64,000 bases of DNA from positions 7,350-71,349 of the forward strand of contig DATNDQ010000014.1 of assembly GCA_035553475.1 (NCBI GenBank), given 5' to 3'. The translations under genes were made by a program, and so were the position numbers. The stretch is from Gemmatimonadales bacterium. GTDB lineage: Bacteria; Gemmatimonadota; Gemmatimonadetes; Gemmatimonadales; GWC2-71-9. The notes beneath the pieces are model-generated. The model did not search any database. It was not told the DNA's origin and saw only the letters and a program-made list of their open reading frames with translations. Below, piece by piece: positions 37,799 through 47,584 of this stretch (position 1 is the stretch's first letter; the number at the start of each line of letters is the position of its first letter).

Positions 37799-38495
37799 TG
37801 GCGATCTTGAGGGCGTGAATTCCCCCCGAAAAACTGCGCGTGCCCGTGACCGTCGTCGACGAGTCGGGCTCGAGCTTGGCCGTCAGATGGAAATCCCCAT
37901 TCATGGTGCCGTGTGACACGGCGAGCGTAATCCCGCCCAGGCCCGTGGTCTGAGGGGAGCCGAAGCTGGCGGCCGTCACGTGAAAGGCGCCGGTGCGGGT
38001 CAGCCAGGTCTGGACCGCGGAATCCTGCGCCTGCGCGACCACGAAGCCGACGCCGGTCCCCACCGTATCCGGTGAAAAGGACGTCGCCAGGGAGTCGGAG
38101 AAGGGGGGCGTGATCCCCGCGCCGAGCAGGAAGGTGATGCTGTCCACCGTCTGTGACGTGGGGCGATAGTGCCGCCAGTCCAGCAGGGCGCTGAAACGGG
38201 CGACGATCGGGGTGTCTCCCTTGGTCGCATTGATGTCGAGCAGGATCCCGACCAGGCGGGTCGTGTCGCCGGGCCCTTCGCCTTCCTTCGTGGCCTGATC
38301 GATGAACGGGAAGACGAAGGTCGAAAGCTCGGAATAGAAGCTGTCCGAGGCGAGCGCCTTGCCCAGTGCCGCCCGGACCGCCGCGAGCTCCGCGCCGTCG
38401 ATAGCGTCCGCGCCCACGCTGGTCGTGCTCGAGGAGCACGCCGCCGCGAACAAGGCCGCGAGCACCATCCCCACACCGACCTTCCGCATGCCCAT
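37752..38495 (-). CDS. hypothetical lipoprotein
   Basis: ATG 38495 in ORF 37752..39146: MGMRKVGVGMVLAALFAAAC (lipobox), then Ser/Thr/Gly-rich beta-like sequence. The 3' end overlaps the aconitase-family gene by 47 nt (convergent). Confidence 0.55.
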   Translation of the reverse strand: MGMRKVGVGMVLAALFAAACSSSTTSVGADAIDGAELAAVRAALGKALASDSFYSELSTFVFPFIDQATKEGEGPGDTTRLVGILLDINATKGDTPIVARFSALLDWRHYRPTSQTVDSITFLLGAGITPPFSDSLATSFSPDTVGTGVGFVVAQAQDSAVQTWLTRTGAFHVTAASFGSPQTTGLGGITLAVSHGTMNGDFHLTAKLEPDSSTTVTGTRSFSGGIHALKIAITGSLSAPPAPAPTR

Positions 38496-38517
38496 CTCCG
38501 TTGTGAAGTGCTTAGTC

Positions 38518-39741
38518 CTACTCGCCGACGCCGGCTTCGGTTTCAGAGGGGTGGCTGGTGGTGCGGAAGGGCCGCAGGGCGTCGCGCTGATAGACGCTTC
38601 TGGGGTTCCACAGAACCCACGACGTAATGCCCAGCTCCTCCGCCGCGCGGATTTCTTCGCGAATCTCCACCGGCGTGTAGCGCGGCTTGCGCCGGCCGAG
38701 GGTGAACGCCTGCAGGTACGGACGGATGGTGGCCGCGTTCGGAATGTCGCGGCTCTTCTCCTGGGCGTCCCGCAGGGCATCGTGCACCACCCGGTACGGC
38801 TCTCCGTTGGGATGCGCGAACCCGAAGGCGCCAGCATAGTAGTGACTGGGATAGACCATCGGCAACACCACGTCGGCCACCGAAGCGAAGTCCTCCCAGA
38901 CCTGGCCGATGCCCAGGTCCCCGCTCGTGGTCGAGGCGGTGAGCGCGAAAATATCGAAGGTCGCGGGCACGCCGGCGGCGCGGACGCGATCGACCAGCAG
39001 CTGCACATGGCGCCGGACCGCGACCCGTTCGGTATCCCCGGGCTTCTTGGCAGGGAAAATCGCCTCGGCCAGCTTCGCCCGGGGCTCGTCGGGGAAGCGC
39101 ACGTAGTCGAACTGCACTTCGTTGAAGCCCTTCTCCACCGCTTCACGGGCGAGCTGCGCCGCGTAGATCCACACGGAGTCGTTGTACGCGTCGACCCAGG
39201 CGATGTTGATCCGGTCGCGCCACAGCCCGCCCCGCCTGTCCTTCACCGACCATTCCGGCTTCCGCTCGGCCAGCCGCGGATCCTTCGCCACGACGATGCG
39301 CGCGATGGTGTAGATGTGATGCGCGCGCAGTGTGTCGAGCCGGGCTTCGACGTTCTTGGTCCGCGCGCAGGCGCTCGCGCCGATCTCGACAGCGGTGGGC
39401 ACCTGCGACGGATACAGCATGCACCCGGTATCGTCCTTGACGTCCACGACCAGCGCGTTGATCTCGGTGGAGTCGGCGAGGCGCGCCAGGCCCCAGAGCT
39501 TCGGCGATGCGAAGGCCCACGCGTTGACGTAGAGCGCTCTCACGTTGCGCGCGTTCACGAACATCGGCTGATCGGGATGCGCGAAGTGAATCGTGCCCGG
39601 GTGCAGGAAAATCGGCAGCTGATCCGCGCGCACGGGAATCAGCGCGCGCGTGGAATCGGGTCTCCCTTGGGCGAAAAGCCGCCCCGGGAAAGCCAGGGCG
39701 GCGAGCACCAGCAACCAGCTGCCATCACGGCGAAAGCGCAT
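38518..39741 (-). CDS. DUF4015-type putative glycoside hydrolase (TIM-barrel-like), secreted
   Basis: ATG 39741 (MRFRRDGSWLLVLAALAFPGRLFAQ). Motifs ALYVNAW, INALVVDVKDDTG, GFNEVQFDYVRFP, and PMVYPSHY resemble the putative glycosyl hydrolase DUF4015 family. Confidence 0.65.
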   Translation of the reverse strand: MRFRRDGSWLLVLAALAFPGRLFAQGRPDSTRALIPVRADQLPIFLHPGTIHFAHPDQPMFVNARNVRALYVNAWAFASPKLWGLARLADSTEINALVVDVKDDTGCMLYPSQVPTAVEIGASACARTKNVEARLDTLRAHHIYTIARIVVAKDPRLAERKPEWSVKDRRGGLWRDRINIAWVDAYNDSVWIYAAQLAREAVEKGFNEVQFDYVRFPDEPRAKLAEAIFPAKKPGDTERVAVRRHVQLLVDRVRAAGVPATFDIFALTASTTSGDLGIGQVWEDFASVADVVLPMVYPSHYYAGAFGFAHPNGEPYRVVHDALRDAQEKSRDIPNAATIRPYLQAFTLGRRKPRYTPVEIREEIRAAEELGITSWVLWNPRSVYQRDALRPFRTTSHPSETEAGVGE

Positions 39742-39792
39742 AGGGGTCAACAGGATAGGAATTCGCACCGGCAGAATCAAGAGTACAAACTG

Positions 39793-42162
39793 CTACTTCA
39801 TCTCCAAGCTGTTGAATAGCAGGGGATAAGTGGCCAGGCTCTGGCCACGATACTGCGGGCGGAAACCGAAAAGCACCGCCTTTCCCTGACCCACCTTCAC
39901 CTCCACCATCGCGGCACGTCCGGCCACGCGCTCAGGGTGCAACACCCAGCCCGACAGCAACAGGGAGTTGGGGTCGGTCGGGTACCGGCCGATGACTCGA
40001 ACCTGTGTCGAATCCAACACGTCGAAGGCGGGTCCGCCCTCGAACCACGCGATGCTTCGCGGAGACATGCCGTGAGCTTCCGCGGCCGTGGTATCGAGCT
40101 CGAGACGGAAAATCGATCCCGGAGCGTAAAACTCGTCGTCCCCCACGCCTTCGAGGACGTTTCGCACCGGGAGCAACAGCGTCTGGATGAGGAAGCGGCT
40201 CGCCTCGTTGAGGGCCACCACCGTTCCGCCATCCTGTACGAATTGCCGGAGGGCATCGACACCACTCGATCCCAGCCCGCCTGCATACGTCGCGGGGTAG
40301 CGAGGCGAGGGAAGCCCTTCGAGCAGGTCGTGCGGCGATTCGTCGGGGAGAATGATCACGTCGAACTTCGCCTTGAGCCCGCCCGCCCGCATCGTCGAAT
40401 CGACGATCGAGACGTACGGGACCTTCCAGGTATCGAAGATCCAGCGCGTCCACCCTTCGTCCATCGACGCGGCATACGACCGGTAAATGGCGACTTTCGG
40501 CGCTTCTCCCGAGCTGAGTCCCGGATACCCGGGCGTCGCACGCGGTGCCGTGATCGGCGCCGACAACTGCAGCCGGGCCGGCTCCTCAGCCAGTGGCGTC
40601 GCCGTCAGGCCAAGCAGGAGCGGCAAGGTGTTCGCGGTGACGTCGTAGGGGCGCTCGGGCGGACCATTCGGGTAGAGGCGCCGGTCAGGGTACGCTTGCG
40701 GCTCGAGCAGGGTCTTCGCGAAAGCGGCGTACGGTTGGCGCAGCGTCACGACGTACGTGCCCGCCGCGTACCGTTGGCCGCCGGCGCTGAACGCCTGGTT
40801 CGCGGAACGCACCTCGACGCCGCCATGATGGAAAACCGAGAAGAGGGTCGCGAGTGCGACCGAGTCCTGCTGTCTGGGAATCGCGTAGGCCCAGGGCCAC
40901 CCCCGCCAGCCACGCACACCGCGCCAGCCCACCGTGAGAAAATCACTCAACCATTTGGTCCGCTCGGTGGACGCGTGCTCGAGCAACGCGTACGCGGCGT
41001 CCGTCTGATAGCTCACGATGTCGTGCAGCGTCCAGCGGCCCCCGGGCCAAGGATGTGGGAAATTCCAGGAGCGCTCGCGCGGGTTGAATCCGCGTCCCGC
41101 CGCGGAGAGCTGATCGAACGGGATTTCGACCGGCGTCGCGAGCTCGGCGCTCGCGGCCTCGGTGAGAATCCGCACCGCGCCGTGATAGTGGGCGAAGGCC
41201 CGGGACGGGGTCCAGGCATCGTAGAGGCTGTTGATCGCGACGCCGGTGCGCCCATCGCCGCCGAGGGTCCACGCGATCGACGTGCCCAGTGCGTTGTCCC
41301 CGTCCACGAGCAGAGGATCCACGTTGGGCTCGATGGGATCGAGGTAGGGAGGCAGGAACAGCCGGGAACCGTTCTGTCCCTGCTGATGCAGATCCATCAC
41401 GATCTGCGGATGCCAGACGTCGTACAGCGAATCCGCCACCAGCTGGGTCTCGGCCTGCGTGAACTCGTACCAGTCCCGGTTCAAGTCGTGCCCGACGTAG
41501 TGGTGATAGAGCTCCGGTGGCTGGCTCCCTTCCGACGGGGTCCCCAGGGTGCGGGTGTACCACTTGCTGACGATCGTCACGCCATCCGGATTGAGAGACG
41601 GCACCAGCCAGAGAATCACGTTGTCGAGAATCGCGCGAGTGCGGGCGCTCGTGTCCGTCGCCAGGCGATACGCCAGCTGCACCGGTGAGAGGTGTCCACC
41701 CACCTCGTTCGAGTGCACACCCGACGTCACCATCACGATCGTCCTGCCGTCCTTCAGCGCCTGCTCGGCGTCCTTGTTGTTGGCGAGGGTACGCGGATCC
41801 GCCAGGCGCGCGTTGATGGCGCGGAAGTGGTCGAGACGTTTCAGGTTTTGCGGGCTCGAGATCACCAGCGCGATGAAGGGCGCGCCCAGGGTGCTCTTCC
41901 CGATTTCGCGGAGGTCGACGCGGTCACTCGCGTCCGCCAATGCGTGGTAGTAGCGGACCAGCGTGGGCCAGTCGGGCAGCTTGCGGTCGTCTCCCGGCTC
42001 GAACCCCAGGATGGACCGGGGGGTCGGGATCCTGGGCGCCGCGGCGTGCTTGGGTGCGGGAGCCGGATGCTTGGGACGAGGCCGCTGGCCGGCCAAAGGG
42101 CCGGCCAGCGTGAGACTCGCGAGAAGAACGGTCCCCGGGATCGAACGCCGGAGCGTGAGCAT
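39793..42162 (-). CDS. M14 family zinc carboxypeptidase-like protein, secreted
   Basis: ATG 42162 (MLTLRRSIPGTVLLASLTLAGPLAGQ) in ORF 39793..42342. SGVHSNEVGG (HxxE zinc motif), NPDG, and a later H in LTEAAS. Large C-terminal extension of unknown function. Confidence 0.75.
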   Translation of the reverse strand: MLTLRRSIPGTVLLASLTLAGPLAGQRPRPKHPAPAPKHAAAPRIPTPRSILGFEPGDDRKLPDWPTLVRYYHALADASDRVDLREIGKSTLGAPFIALVISSPQNLKRLDHFRAINARLADPRTLANNKDAEQALKDGRTIVMVTSGVHSNEVGGHLSPVQLAYRLATDTSARTRAILDNVILWLVPSLNPDGVTIVSKWYTRTLGTPSEGSQPPELYHHYVGHDLNRDWYEFTQAETQLVADSLYDVWHPQIVMDLHQQGQNGSRLFLPPYLDPIEPNVDPLLVDGDNALGTSIAWTLGGDGRTGVAINSLYDAWTPSRAFAHYHGAVRILTEAASAELATPVEIPFDQLSAAGRGFNPRERSWNFPHPWPGGRWTLHDIVSYQTDAAYALLEHASTERTKWLSDFLTVGWRGVRGWRGWPWAYAIPRQQDSVALATLFSVFHHGGVEVRSANQAFSAGGQRYAAGTYVVTLRQPYAAFAKTLLEPQAYPDRRLYPNGPPERPYDVTANTLPLLLGLTATPLAEEPARLQLSAPITAPRATPGYPGLSSGEAPKVAIYRSYAASMDEGWTRWIFDTWKVPYVSIVDSTMRAGGLKAKFDVIILPDESPHDLLEGLPSPRYPATYAGGLGSSGVDALRQFVQDGGTVVALNEASRFLIQTLLLPVRNVLEGVGDDEFYAPGSIFRLELDTTAAEAHGMSPRSIAWFEGGPAFDVLDSTQVRVIGRYPTDPNSLLLSGWVLHPERVAGRAAMVEVKVGQGKAVLFGFRPQYRGQSLATYPLLFNSLEMK

Positions 42163-42195
42163 CGGTGACCCGCTTCGAGGGTTGCTAGTGGGGGC

Positions 42196-42242
42196 GAAAA
42201 ATATCGGGGCGGGGCGCCGAAAGCGACCGGCGCCCCCGCCCC
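42196..42242 (-). terminator. rho-independent terminator after the OmpA-TSP3 gene
   Basis: Reverse strand: GGGGCGGGGGCGCCG-gtcgcttt-CGGCGCCCCGCCCC (one bulge), followed by GATATTTTT. Confidence 0.6.
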
Positions 42243-42250
42243 TCGAAAGG

Positions 42251-43879
42251 TCAGGGAAGCTTGTGGAGTTCCACGCGGCGGTTCTGCGCGCGGCCCGCCG
42301 CGGTCGTATTTGGTGCCACCGGTTCGGCAGGACCGTACCCACGCGCGCTCATCCGCGACGGGGACACGCCCTTCCGCGCCAGGTACGCCCGCACCGCGAG
42401 GGCTCGGGCCGCCGAAAGGCGGACGTTGATCATCCGCGATCCGGTGTTGTCGGTGTACCCCGCGATCTCGATCCGGATATCCGGATTCGCGACCAGCACC
42501 CCCGCCACCTGATCGAGGGTCGCGTACGATTGCGGCGTCAGCACCGACTTCCCGGACTGGAAGGTGACGCCTTTCAATACGTACGTCGGCCGTGCCGGTG
42601 CAGCTCCCGGCGCGACGGGCGCGGTCTGGAAGAGGATGGGGCACCCCTTCGAGTCCACCGGCATGCCACGCGGGGTGTTGGGACACTTGTCGAGCGAGTC
42701 GGGCACGCCATCCCCATCCGAATCCAGCGCGGGGAGCTGCGGGCACCCGGTCGCATCCACCTTGGCCCCCGGCGGCGTGTTCGGGCACTTGTCGATGCCG
42801 TCGGGCACGCCGTCATGATCCGAATCCACCGGACAACCCACTGAGTCCACGACGGCGCCTGTCGGCGTGTTCGGGCACTTGTCGATGCCGTCGGGCACGC
42901 CGTCCTTGTCCGTATCCACCGGACAGCCCACCGCGTCCACGACCGCACCGCGGGGCGTATTGGGGCATTTGTCGATGCCGTCCATCACGCCGTCGCCATC
43001 GGAGTCCTTCGGACAGCCGACCGAGTCCACCGCCGCGCCGACGGGCGTGTTGGGGCACTTGTCGATGCCGTCGGGTACGCCGTCCTTGTCGGAGTCGATT
43101 GGACAGCCGGCCGCGTCCACCGTCGCGCCCACCGGCGTGTTCGGGCACTTGTCGATGCCGTCAGGCACGCCGTCTTTGTCGGAGTCGATGGGACAGCCGA
43201 CCTTGTCCACCACCGCGCCGGCCGGTGTGTTGGGGCACTTGTCATACTTGTCCGCGATGCCGTCTCCATCCGAGTCCTTGAGATGGATCGCGCTTCCCGC
43301 CTGGAAGAACGACATCCCCAAAGACGCCACGAAATGGAAGGCCGAGCTTCCGAACGTCGAGTTCGAAGACGGTACGTAGATCTCACGCCCTTCGGCGCGG
43401 ATGGCGACGTGCGGACTCAAGAAAATTCTCGCCCCCAGCGCCCCATGCGGTCCGCCATCCGAGAAGCGGTAGGGAGCCGAGCCGCCGAAGTCCTGACGCG
43501 TATAGCCGGCAGCGCCATACAGCGTCAGATGGGGACCGGCGGGAAGATTGAGGATCAGCGAACCGCCGCCGAAGATCGGGGAGATCTCTGATGGCGATCC
43601 CGCCGGCGTCTGCGGAGCCTCGAGCAGTGCCTCGATCTCGACCTCGAAGTTCGGCGTGATGAGGTACCCGATGCGGGCGCCCCCGCCGAGCGTGTTCTTG
43701 AGGAGAAAGGCCCTGTCGTATCGCGTGTACGATCCGAAGAAGCTCGCCTCGAATCGCGTGGGTGTTTCGGTTGGGCCTGCACTGGGGTGCGCGGGTGCCG
43801 GGGCAGGACTCTGTGCCCCCACCTGCGTCACGGCCAAAGACAACAACAAACCAGTCAGCGTCCGAGCTCGCCTGCTCAT
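42251..43879 (-). CDS. OmpA-family outer-membrane protein with thrombospondin type-3 repeats
   Basis: ATG 43879 (MSRRARTLTGLLLSLAVTQVGAQ). N-terminal beta-barrel-like region. Seven DxDxDGxxDxxDxCPNTP units. C-terminal OmpA domain (IEIAGYTDNTGS...N..LSAARA...AQNRRVEL). Confidence 0.85.
   Translation of the reverse strand: MSRRARTLTGLLLSLAVTQVGAQSPAPAPAHPSAGPTETPTRFEASFFGSYTRYDRAFLLKNTLGGGARIGYLITPNFEVEIEALLEAPQTPAGSPSEISPIFGGGSLILNLPAGPHLTLYGAAGYTRQDFGGSAPYRFSDGGPHGALGARIFLSPHVAIRAEGREIYVPSSNSTFGSSAFHFVASLGMSFFQAGSAIHLKDSDGDGIADKYDKCPNTPAGAVVDKVGCPIDSDKDGVPDGIDKCPNTPVGATVDAAGCPIDSDKDGVPDGIDKCPNTPVGAAVDSVGCPKDSDGDGVMDGIDKCPNTPRGAVVDAVGCPVDTDKDGVPDGIDKCPNTPTGAVVDSVGCPVDSDHDGVPDGIDKCPNTPPGAKVDATGCPQLPALDSDGDGVPDSLDKCPNTPRGMPVDSKGCPILFQTAPVAPGAAPARPTYVLKGVTFQSGKSVLTPQSYATLDQVAGVLVANPDIRIEIAGYTDNTGSRMINVRLSAARALAVRAYLARKGVSPSRMSARGYGPAEPVAPNTTAAGRAQNRRVELHKLP
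42635..43276 (-). repeat. seven tandem ~90-nt coding repeats (TSP3 calcium-binding units)
   Basis: 30-aa units of the form DSD[GK]DG[VI]xDxxDKCPNTPxGAxVDxxGCPx repeated head to tail. The nucleotide-level repetition is obvious (GGGCACTTGTCGATGCCGTC recurs). Confidence 0.8.
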
Positions 43880-43922
43880 GGACCCTCCACGGGTCATTCG
43901 CGCTCTACGCTAATAAGCGCAG

Positions 43923-45488
43923 TCAGAATCCCCAAACTCCAGCCACCCGGAGCCGGGTGGTCAGGTTCATGCCGCCGAGGACCAGGCCGTGAAAAGACCC
44001 GTCGCTGGCCCGCCAGGTCGCCCCCGAGGTGCTGGCGACGACCCCTCCGCCGGCTCCTGAAATCGTGTTTCCGCCGGCCGGGTGGAAGCTCCCGAGACTG
44101 TCTCCCACCATCGCCGCCGCCAGCGTTTCGTTCGGGCAGGCCACACCGCCGTCACACACACCACCGACGGCCAGGACGGCGTTGCCGACCGGGAGGACGG
44201 AAAACTGCGATCTCCCTTGCGGGAAGAGGCCGGGTCCCGGGGCCCAGGCCGAGCCTAGAAAGAATCCCGAGACCAGACTGAGCGTGGCGGTGTCGCTCGT
44301 CACCAATCTGCTGGGTGTCGCGTCCAAGCCCCCTCCGGGATCCGCGCTATCGGCAATGCCCCCGAACGCGAAAGCGCGATCGTCGAGCACGACGCCGCCA
44401 CCGTAGGCCCGGGGACCCGTGAGCGACGGCGCCGTATACCAGCCGTCAATACGGCCATCCAGCCCCACGCGGCCGATGTAGACACCGGCCTGCGGCCGGC
44501 CCGCGGAGTCGGCGCCGCCAAACACGTAGATCCGTCCCCGCCGCGCCACCGCGATGGCGCCCGCGACGGGAGCGGGGAGTGGCTCCACCGGAACGAACGC
44601 CGTCGTGACGTGCGTCTGGGAAACCGCGGCGACGTACACCGTCGCCTGGGCATTCCCCGCCGTGTCCATGCCGCCGATCACGATCAGCTCGGTGCCGGTC
44701 AGGCGGGAGTTGTAAGGCGTGGCCACCACCGCGCTCGCGAAGGCGAGGCGGATGGGGAGCGAGTGGTTCGAGTCCGAGAACGTCGTGTCGTGCTGGCGGG
44801 TCCACGAGCCGATCGAGCCGTTGCTCGTCACCGTCGCTACGTACACGCCCGAATCAGGCAGGATCGTCGAGTCCCCGCCGATCACCTCGGCACCGCCGGC
44901 GGCATAGAGGGTCGTCGTCACTCCGCCACCCGACGCGGGGTACTCGGCGGCGGCGAGCGCGACTCCCACCGGCGATTGGGGGAACGGCGTGCGCGCCTGC
45001 CACAGAAATCCACTGGTGTCGAAGGGCACGCGTGGCAACACGAAGACGCTGGTGTTGAGGGTCCTGCCGCTCCTGGTGTGGATCGTGAGCGTACCGGACG
45101 TGGCGGTTCCGGGGACGACGACGCGGATCGCTTCATCGCTCCAGCCGGCACTGTCGGTCGCCGCGTTCACCGTGCCTCCACCGAGCGCGGCGAATGTGAC
45201 ACTCGACGTCGTGCTGTCGAGCTCGAATCCGAAGCCTTCGATGACGGTGGACTGACCCGCGGAGAGAATCGGCTGGATGGCGCCGTCGACGTAGTCGATA
45301 CGGGGAACCGGTGGCCCCGGTTCGGTGGCGCCCGTACAGGCCCCGACCGCGGCGAGCAGGGCGGCCGCCAGACGGCGGCCTGGGCGCCAACTACGACCGG
45401 GCGTTCTCTCCCCGGACGAAGCGGACTGCCCGCTGGAGATTCTCCGCGAGCGAGGACAATTGCGTGGCACCCTGGGCGAGGTCTTCAA
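43923..45488 (-). CDS. IPT/TIG plus Kelch-like beta-propeller lipoprotein (start uncertain)
   Basis: Lipobox LLAAVGAC. An IPT-like segment (STVIEGFGF...VTF...[16 protein letters not shown]), then repeated blocks YAAGG / VIGGMD / YVFGGAD / FAFGGI / LAVGGV. The only ATG (45488) and GTG (45470) overlap the upstream gene by 98 or 80 nt. Confidence 0.6.
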   Translation of the reverse strand: MKTSPRVPRNCPRSRRISSGQSASSGERTPGRSWRPGRRLAAALLAAVGACTGATEPGPPVPRIDYVDGAIQPILSAGQSTVIEGFGFELDSTTSSVTFAALGGGTVNAATDSAGWSDEAIRVVVPGTATSGTLTIHTRSGRTLNTSVFVLPRVPFDTSGFLWQARTPFPQSPVGVALAAAEYPASGGGVTTTLYAAGGAEVIGGDSTILPDSGVYVATVTSNGSIGSWTRQHDTTFSDSNHSLPIRLAFASAVVATPYNSRLTGTELIVIGGMDTAGNAQATVYVAAVSQTHVTTAFVPVEPLPAPVAGAIAVARRGRIYVFGGADSAGRPQAGVYIGRVGLDGRIDGWYTAPSLTGPRAYGGGVVLDDRAFAFGGIADSADPGGGLDATPSRLVTSDTATLSLVSGFFLGSAWAPGPGLFPQGRSQFSVLPVGNAVLAVGGVCDGGVACPNETLAAAMVGDSLGSFHPAGGNTISGAGGGVVASTSGATWRASDGSFHGLVLGGMNLTTRLRVAGVWGF

Positions 45489-47523
45489 TCGCTCTGAGCT
45501 GTTCGGCCGCCGCGGCGGCGACCGCCTCCGTTTCCTGTGTGGATTCCCGTGCTCCGGCGTGTCCCTGCCGCAGGCCTTCGACGACCTTCACCGCGATGTC
45601 CGCATTGGCGCGGGCGACCTCGCCCACGCGTTGGCCGGCCTTCGCGGTGCCGACGGCCGCTTCATTGATCCGGTCGAGGTCTTGTACCCAACTGGTGGAC
45701 GTTTGCACCACGTCGGCCAGATCGGCCCGGATCCGCTCGAGCAGTTGAGCGGCACGGTCCAAGGCCCGACGGGTCTCCTGCACGGCCTTCGACACGTTCC
45801 GGGCTTCCCGCGCGCTCGCTTCCGCGAGCTTGTGGACCTCGTCGGCCACCACCGCGAACCCCCGGCCATGCTGTCCGGCCCGGGCCGCTTCAATGGTTGC
45901 GTTCAGCGCCAACAGATTGGTCTGGTTCGCGACGAAGCCGATGGTCTCCGAGAATTTCTCCACTTCGCTGGCGACATCCCGGAGCCGCCGGACTTCCCCG
46001 GCGCTCTCTTCGGCCGTGGTCGCGAGGTCGGACAGGCGCCGAACGGCTCCCTGCGTCGCCCCACGAACGCGCTCGGCGGTCTGCTGCATCTGGGTCCCGG
46101 CGTTCCGCGTAGCTTCGCCGGCGCCCGCGACGTCGGCGGCGCCGCGCCGGAGCTCGTCGGCTCCGTCCGAGGCCGTGGCGACGAGCGTCGCGGCGTCGGC
46201 CGCGCTCTTGCTGGCCCGCTGCGCCGACGCGGCCACCTCCTGGCTCGACGCGTGGATCTCCTGCGTCGTGGCGGTGAGCGTCTCGGCGTACTGCAACATC
46301 TTGTCCGAGGCAGTGGCGACGGGAGCCACGGAGCCGTCGAGCGCCAGCATCAGCGCCAGCTGAGGCGTGAGGAGACTCAGAAGCTCGCCGTCGGACTCAC
46401 GGTACATCCGCGGGTCCGAATGCCGGATGCTCCAGAGACCCATCAGTTTCCCGCCGTGATGGAGCGGAATGAGGATCTCGGCACCCGGGGTCTCATCGCC
46501 CGCCAGTACCACCTGATCGGGCCGGAGATCGTGCGCCACCAGCGGCCGGCCCAGCCGGAGGACCTCTCCTGTCAGCCCGGCGTCGGCGTCGTACCGGAAA
46601 TTTGCCGTGATGCCGCTCCTCGCCATCGTGGTGTCCGCGATGAGCTCCATCTCCCGCCGGCGCTCGTCGAACCGGATGATGCCCATGTGCTCCCACGGCA
46701 CCAACCGGCGGGTGAGATCCTGAATGCGCGTGAAGCTCTTCGACAGACTGATGTCGGCCGCAATGGCGCCCGTGAGCCGCTGTACCAGGTCGAGCTCGTC
46801 GGCACGGACCCCGAGCCGAATCACCGACACGCTCACGATCGTCGCGGCGGCGAGGAGGAGGCTCAGCGTGGCCGCGGCCCACAGCGGGATGTCCGATTCG
46901 ACCGCGCCGAGCCATCCGAGCGCCAGCCCGGCGGACACGACGTAGACGATGGCTTCCCACCGGGCCGTGAGGCGCGCGTCCACCCAGGCTACGGTCTGGG
47001 ACGCGGCGAGCTCGAGGTAGAACGTACCGTTGATGAAGATCGGGATGACCAGCAGGATGCCGACCAACGGGAGCAGGTTCGCGACCGTCAGGACATTCAC
47101 GCCCGTGGCGCCGTGCACCAGATCGTACGCCAACCCCACGAGGACCGTGCCCGTCCCCAGGTGCGCGGCGTTGAGCAGCGCGGAATAGAGAGGAAGCCGT
47201 CGCAGAGCCAGATCGCCGATCAGCATCGCGGCAGGCGCGACGACCACGGCGAATGGCCATCCCCGGGAGAGCAGCGCCAGGATGAGGACGCCCAGCACAT
47301 AAGAGGAAAATCCGTTGCCGGGAAGCGCGATGCCGTAGCGCCGGGACGCGGCGCCGGCCGCGAGCAGTACACCGGTGGCGAGGAAGGTGGAGCCGTTGAG
47401 GGCCACCCCGCCTCCGGCGATGGCCACGACGGCGGCGACGACGCCGACGATCGCAACGCCCGCGACCACGGCGCGGACGACGACCACTCCTGACAGGACG
47501 AAGCCGCGTTTCTCTTGAGCCAT
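45391..47523 (-). CDS. methyl-accepting chemotaxis-type sensor: polytopic membrane domain + GAF + MCP signalling domain
   Basis: ATG 47523 (MAQEKRGF) in ORF 45391..47565. About 7-8 hydrophobic helices. A GAF-like block ([13 protein letters not shown]...[16 protein letters not shown]). Then the conserved MCP hairpin [41 protein letters not shown]. Confidence 0.85.
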   Translation of the reverse strand: MAQEKRGFVLSGVVVVRAVVAGVAIVGVVAAVVAIAGGGVALNGSTFLATGVLLAAGAASRRYGIALPGNGFSSYVLGVLILALLSRGWPFAVVVAPAAMLIGDLALRRLPLYSALLNAAHLGTGTVLVGLAYDLVHGATGVNVLTVANLLPLVGILLVIPIFINGTFYLELAASQTVAWVDARLTARWEAIVYVVSAGLALGWLGAVESDIPLWAAATLSLLLAAATIVSVSVIRLGVRADELDLVQRLTGAIAADISLSKSFTRIQDLTRRLVPWEHMGIIRFDERRREMELIADTTMARSGITANFRYDADAGLTGEVLRLGRPLVAHDLRPDQVVLAGDETPGAEILIPLHHGGKLMGLWSIRHSDPRMYRESDGELLSLLTPQLALMLALDGSVAPVATASDKMLQYAETLTATTQEIHASSQEVAASAQRASKSAADAATLVATASDGADELRRGAADVAGAGEATRNAGTQMQQTAERVRGATQGAVRRLSDLATTAEESAGEVRRLRDVASEVEKFSETIGFVANQTNLLALNATIEAARAGQHGRGFAVVADEVHKLAEASAREARNVSKAVQETRRALDRAAQLLERIRADLADVVQTSTSWVQDLDRINEAAVGTAKAGQRVGEVARANADIAVKVVEGLRQGHAGARESTQETEAVAAAAAEQLRAIEDLAQGATQLSSLAENLQRAVRFVRGENARS

Positions 47524-47584
47524 GCGGGGTCCGCGCAAGCTCGGGCGTGTGGCGCGGCGTGTCAAGCGTGGCTATGCTACCCGG

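Noticed and set aside
42635-43276. Regularly spaced ~90-nt repeats (and the 8-nt array at 30502) considered as possible CRISPR arrays.
   Set aside because: The 90-nt units are contiguous, in-frame coding repeats (TSP3 motifs) without unique spacers. The 8-nt array is far too short. No cas genes are present.
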